Positions 12,683 to 14,352 of a stretch of 14,352 bases of DNA are shown here, in pieces. The stretch is from Capsulimonadales bacterium (GTDB lineage: Bacteria; Armatimonadota; Armatimonadia; Armatimonadales; Armatimonadaceae), in contig JANRLW010000118.1 in assembly GCA_033762295.1 (NCBI GenBank), positions 1-14,352 on the forward strand, read 5' to 3'. The notes beneath the pieces are model-generated. The model did no database searches, was not told where the DNA came from, and saw only the letters and a program-made list of their open reading frames with translations. How positions within the stretch are numbered: position 1 is the first letter of the stretch; the number at the start of each line of letters is the position of its first letter. The translations under genes and the position numbers were made by a program.

Positions 12683-14352
12683 ATGCTGCCCGCCGTCCTG
12701 GCCCTGCGTTACGGGTCCTTCGACGCCCTGCCGGAACCACTCCCACTGGTCGCCGGCCCGCTGTCCTGCCTTTACGAGGACGGCGAACTCCGGAGCGTCC
12801 GCTGCGGCGAGGAGCTTCTCCTGCTGCGCGTCTACGCCGCCGTCCGCGACCGCGACTGGGGCACCGTTCCGGCCCAGGTCGCCGTGCGCGAGCAGACGGT
12901 CTTCAACGAAGGGTTCCGTATCGTCTTTGACACGTCCTACGTCCGGACCGGCGAAAACGAAACCATCCGTTTCGTCAGCGCCGGACGGATCGAGGGCAAG
13001 GCCGACGGTTCCATCGTGTTCGAGTTCGAGGGCGAGGCTAAAACCACGTTCCAGCGCAACCGGATCGGCTTCTGCCTGCTCCACCCGGCGGAGTGGGCGG
13101 GTCACCCGGTGATCGCGGAATTTACCGGCGGGAGAACGGAGACCGCCCATTTCCCCGGCCTCGTCGATCCGGCGCAGCCGGTCTTTCCGTTTACGCGGCT
13201 GCGCGCCCTGCTCCTGACCACCGGGACCGGAGAGCGTATCGAGGTCCGGATGGAGGGCGACGCGTTTGAGATGGAGGATCAGCGCAACTGGACCGACGCC
13301 TCCTTCAAAACCTTCTGTACGCCGCTCTCGCTGCCGTACCCGATCGAGATACCGGTCGGAACCCGTATCGTCCAGCGGATCACCGTCCGCACGCTTCCGG
13401 GCGTCCATACCCCGCGGCCCGTCGGGCGGACCACCCCTTCCCGTCGGACTCCCTCGCTGGAACTGCATCCGGGAGAGTCCGCCCGACTTCCGGAGATCGG
13501 GTTCGGGCATCATCGCCCGCATCCCCGGCGCGACCTGACCCGGCCGGAGGAGGACCACCTGCAGGCGCTTGCCCCCGCTCATCTCCGGGTCGATGTTCGC
13601 TTCACCGGGGACTGGCGAAAGAACCTGGCCTATGTCGCGCGTTATTCGCGTCGATGGAAGACGCCGCTGGCGGTGGCGATCTATCTGCCTGCGGACGCCG
13701 ATCGGCAGGCAAAAGAGTTGAAAGCGATGGGCTGGGAGATCCGGCAGTCCGAGGCGGAGATCGGTCGCTGGCAAATCTATCCGGAACAGGAGGTGTACAC
13801 CGGGCAGAACTGGCCGACGATCCCGAAAGAGACGCTACGCGCCATCGCGCCCGACGCGCCGATCCTGACCGGTTCCGACACGGATTTCCTCTTCTTCAAC
13901 CGGTTCGAGGGCACGCTCCCGGAAGTGAACGGGGTCGTCTTCCAGATCAATCCGCAGGTCCACGCGTTCGACAACGCCTCGCTGATGGAGACGCCACTCG
14001 CCTATGAAGCCGTGGTGGAGACCGCGCGGTTCCGGGCGCGCAACCTGCCGGTCCATATCAGTCCGCTGACGTTGAAGCCTCGCTACAACCCGTACGCCCG
14101 CAGCGAGAAACCGCCGTCGATCCCGCCCGACCCGCGTCAGAAATCGCTGTTCGCGGCCGCCTGGACGGTGTGCGCTCTCTCGGCCCTGACGGCGGCGGGC
14201 GTCCGAAGCGTCACGCTGTTCGATCTGATCGGGGATACCGGACTCGCGCAGGGAGACTGGGTCTTCCCCGCCTGGATTCCGCTCGGATGGCTCGCCTCGG
14301 TCGCGACCGGGGAGGCGTTCCCCCTGTCCGCGGACGATCCGCGCCGCGCGGC
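12683..14352 (+). CDS. apnL: D-apionate lactonase (ApnL)-like protein; 3' end truncated by the window edge
   Basis: Manual translation from ATG 12683 (GAGGA upstream, in-frame TGA at 12644) is open to the window end, over 550 codons. Motifs AGPL...GELR...VRDRDWGT, RNRIGFCLLHP, FEMEDQRNWTDASFKT...PLSLPYP, NPQVHAFDNASLME, DPRQKSLFAAAW, which I recall as ApnL-family blocks. The CDS is well supported; the exact substrate is not. Confidence 0.7.
   Translation, partial: MLPAVLALRYGSFDALPEPLPLVAGPLSCLYEDGELRSVRCGEELLLLRVYAAVRDRDWGTVPAQVAVREQTVFNEGFRIVFDTSYVRTGENETIRFVSAGRIEGKADGSIVFEFEGEAKTTFQRNRIGFCLLHPAEWAGHPVIAEFTGGRTETAHFPGLVDPAQPVFPFTRLRALLLTTGTGERIEVRMEGDAFEMEDQRNWTDASFKTFCTPLSLPYPIEIPVGTRIVQRITVRTLPGVHTPRPVGRTTPSRRTPSLELHPGESARLPEIGFGHHRPHPRRDLTRPEEDHLQALAPAHLRVDVRFTGDWRKNLAYVARYSRRWKTPLAVAIYLPADADRQAKELKAMGWEIRQSEAEIGRWQIYPEQEVYTGQNWPTIPKETLRAIAPDAPILTGSDTDFLFFNRFEGTLPEVNGVVFQINPQVHAFDNASLMETPLAYEAVVETARFRARNLPVHISPLTLKPRYNPYARSEKPPSIPPDPRQKSLFAAAWTVCALSALTAAGVRSVTLFDLIGDTGLAQGDWVFPAWIPLGWLASVATGEAFPLSADDPRRA

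Noticed and set aside
3694..13774. Long alternative-frame ORFs (3694..5244 -, 8076..9314 -, 9836..11482 +, 12545..13774 - and others)
   Set aside because: Each lies antisense or off-frame to a gene with clear family motifs, as expected from stop-codon scarcity at high GC.

Overview
GC-rich bacterial chromosomal window, densely coding, with no mobile element, CRISPR array or structural RNA gene that I can recognise. Left to right: a glycine-zipper membrane protein (cut by the left edge, absent from the ORF track) and a HAD phosphatase, both on the minus strand; a signalling cassette of a soluble PAS-PAS-HisKA_2 kinase, a stand-alone PdtaR/EutV-like receiver with no ANTAR output domain, and a CHASE3-PAS-HisKA_2 membrane kinase; an EamA/DMT transporter divergent from a tightly coupled operon of S10 serine carboxypeptidase, an atypical short radical SAM enzyme and a TIGR04283-like GT2 glycosyltransferase; a secreted YVTN beta-propeller/phosphoesterase; and a D-apionate lactonase (ApnL)-like gene cut by the right edge (also absent from the ORF track). 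Main signals: (1) the peptidase-rSAM-GT2 (+EamA) cluster, a candidate uncharacterised biosynthetic or modification system; (2) four GTTAA repeats at exact 11-nt period beside a perfect TATAAT, a Pho-box-like promoter for the phosphoesterase; (3) a shared GCGAAAC-N17-CGTCYTGT ECF-like promoter motif upstream of both the glycine-zipper gene and the PAS kinase. All family assignments come from motif recognition by eye, not from database searches.
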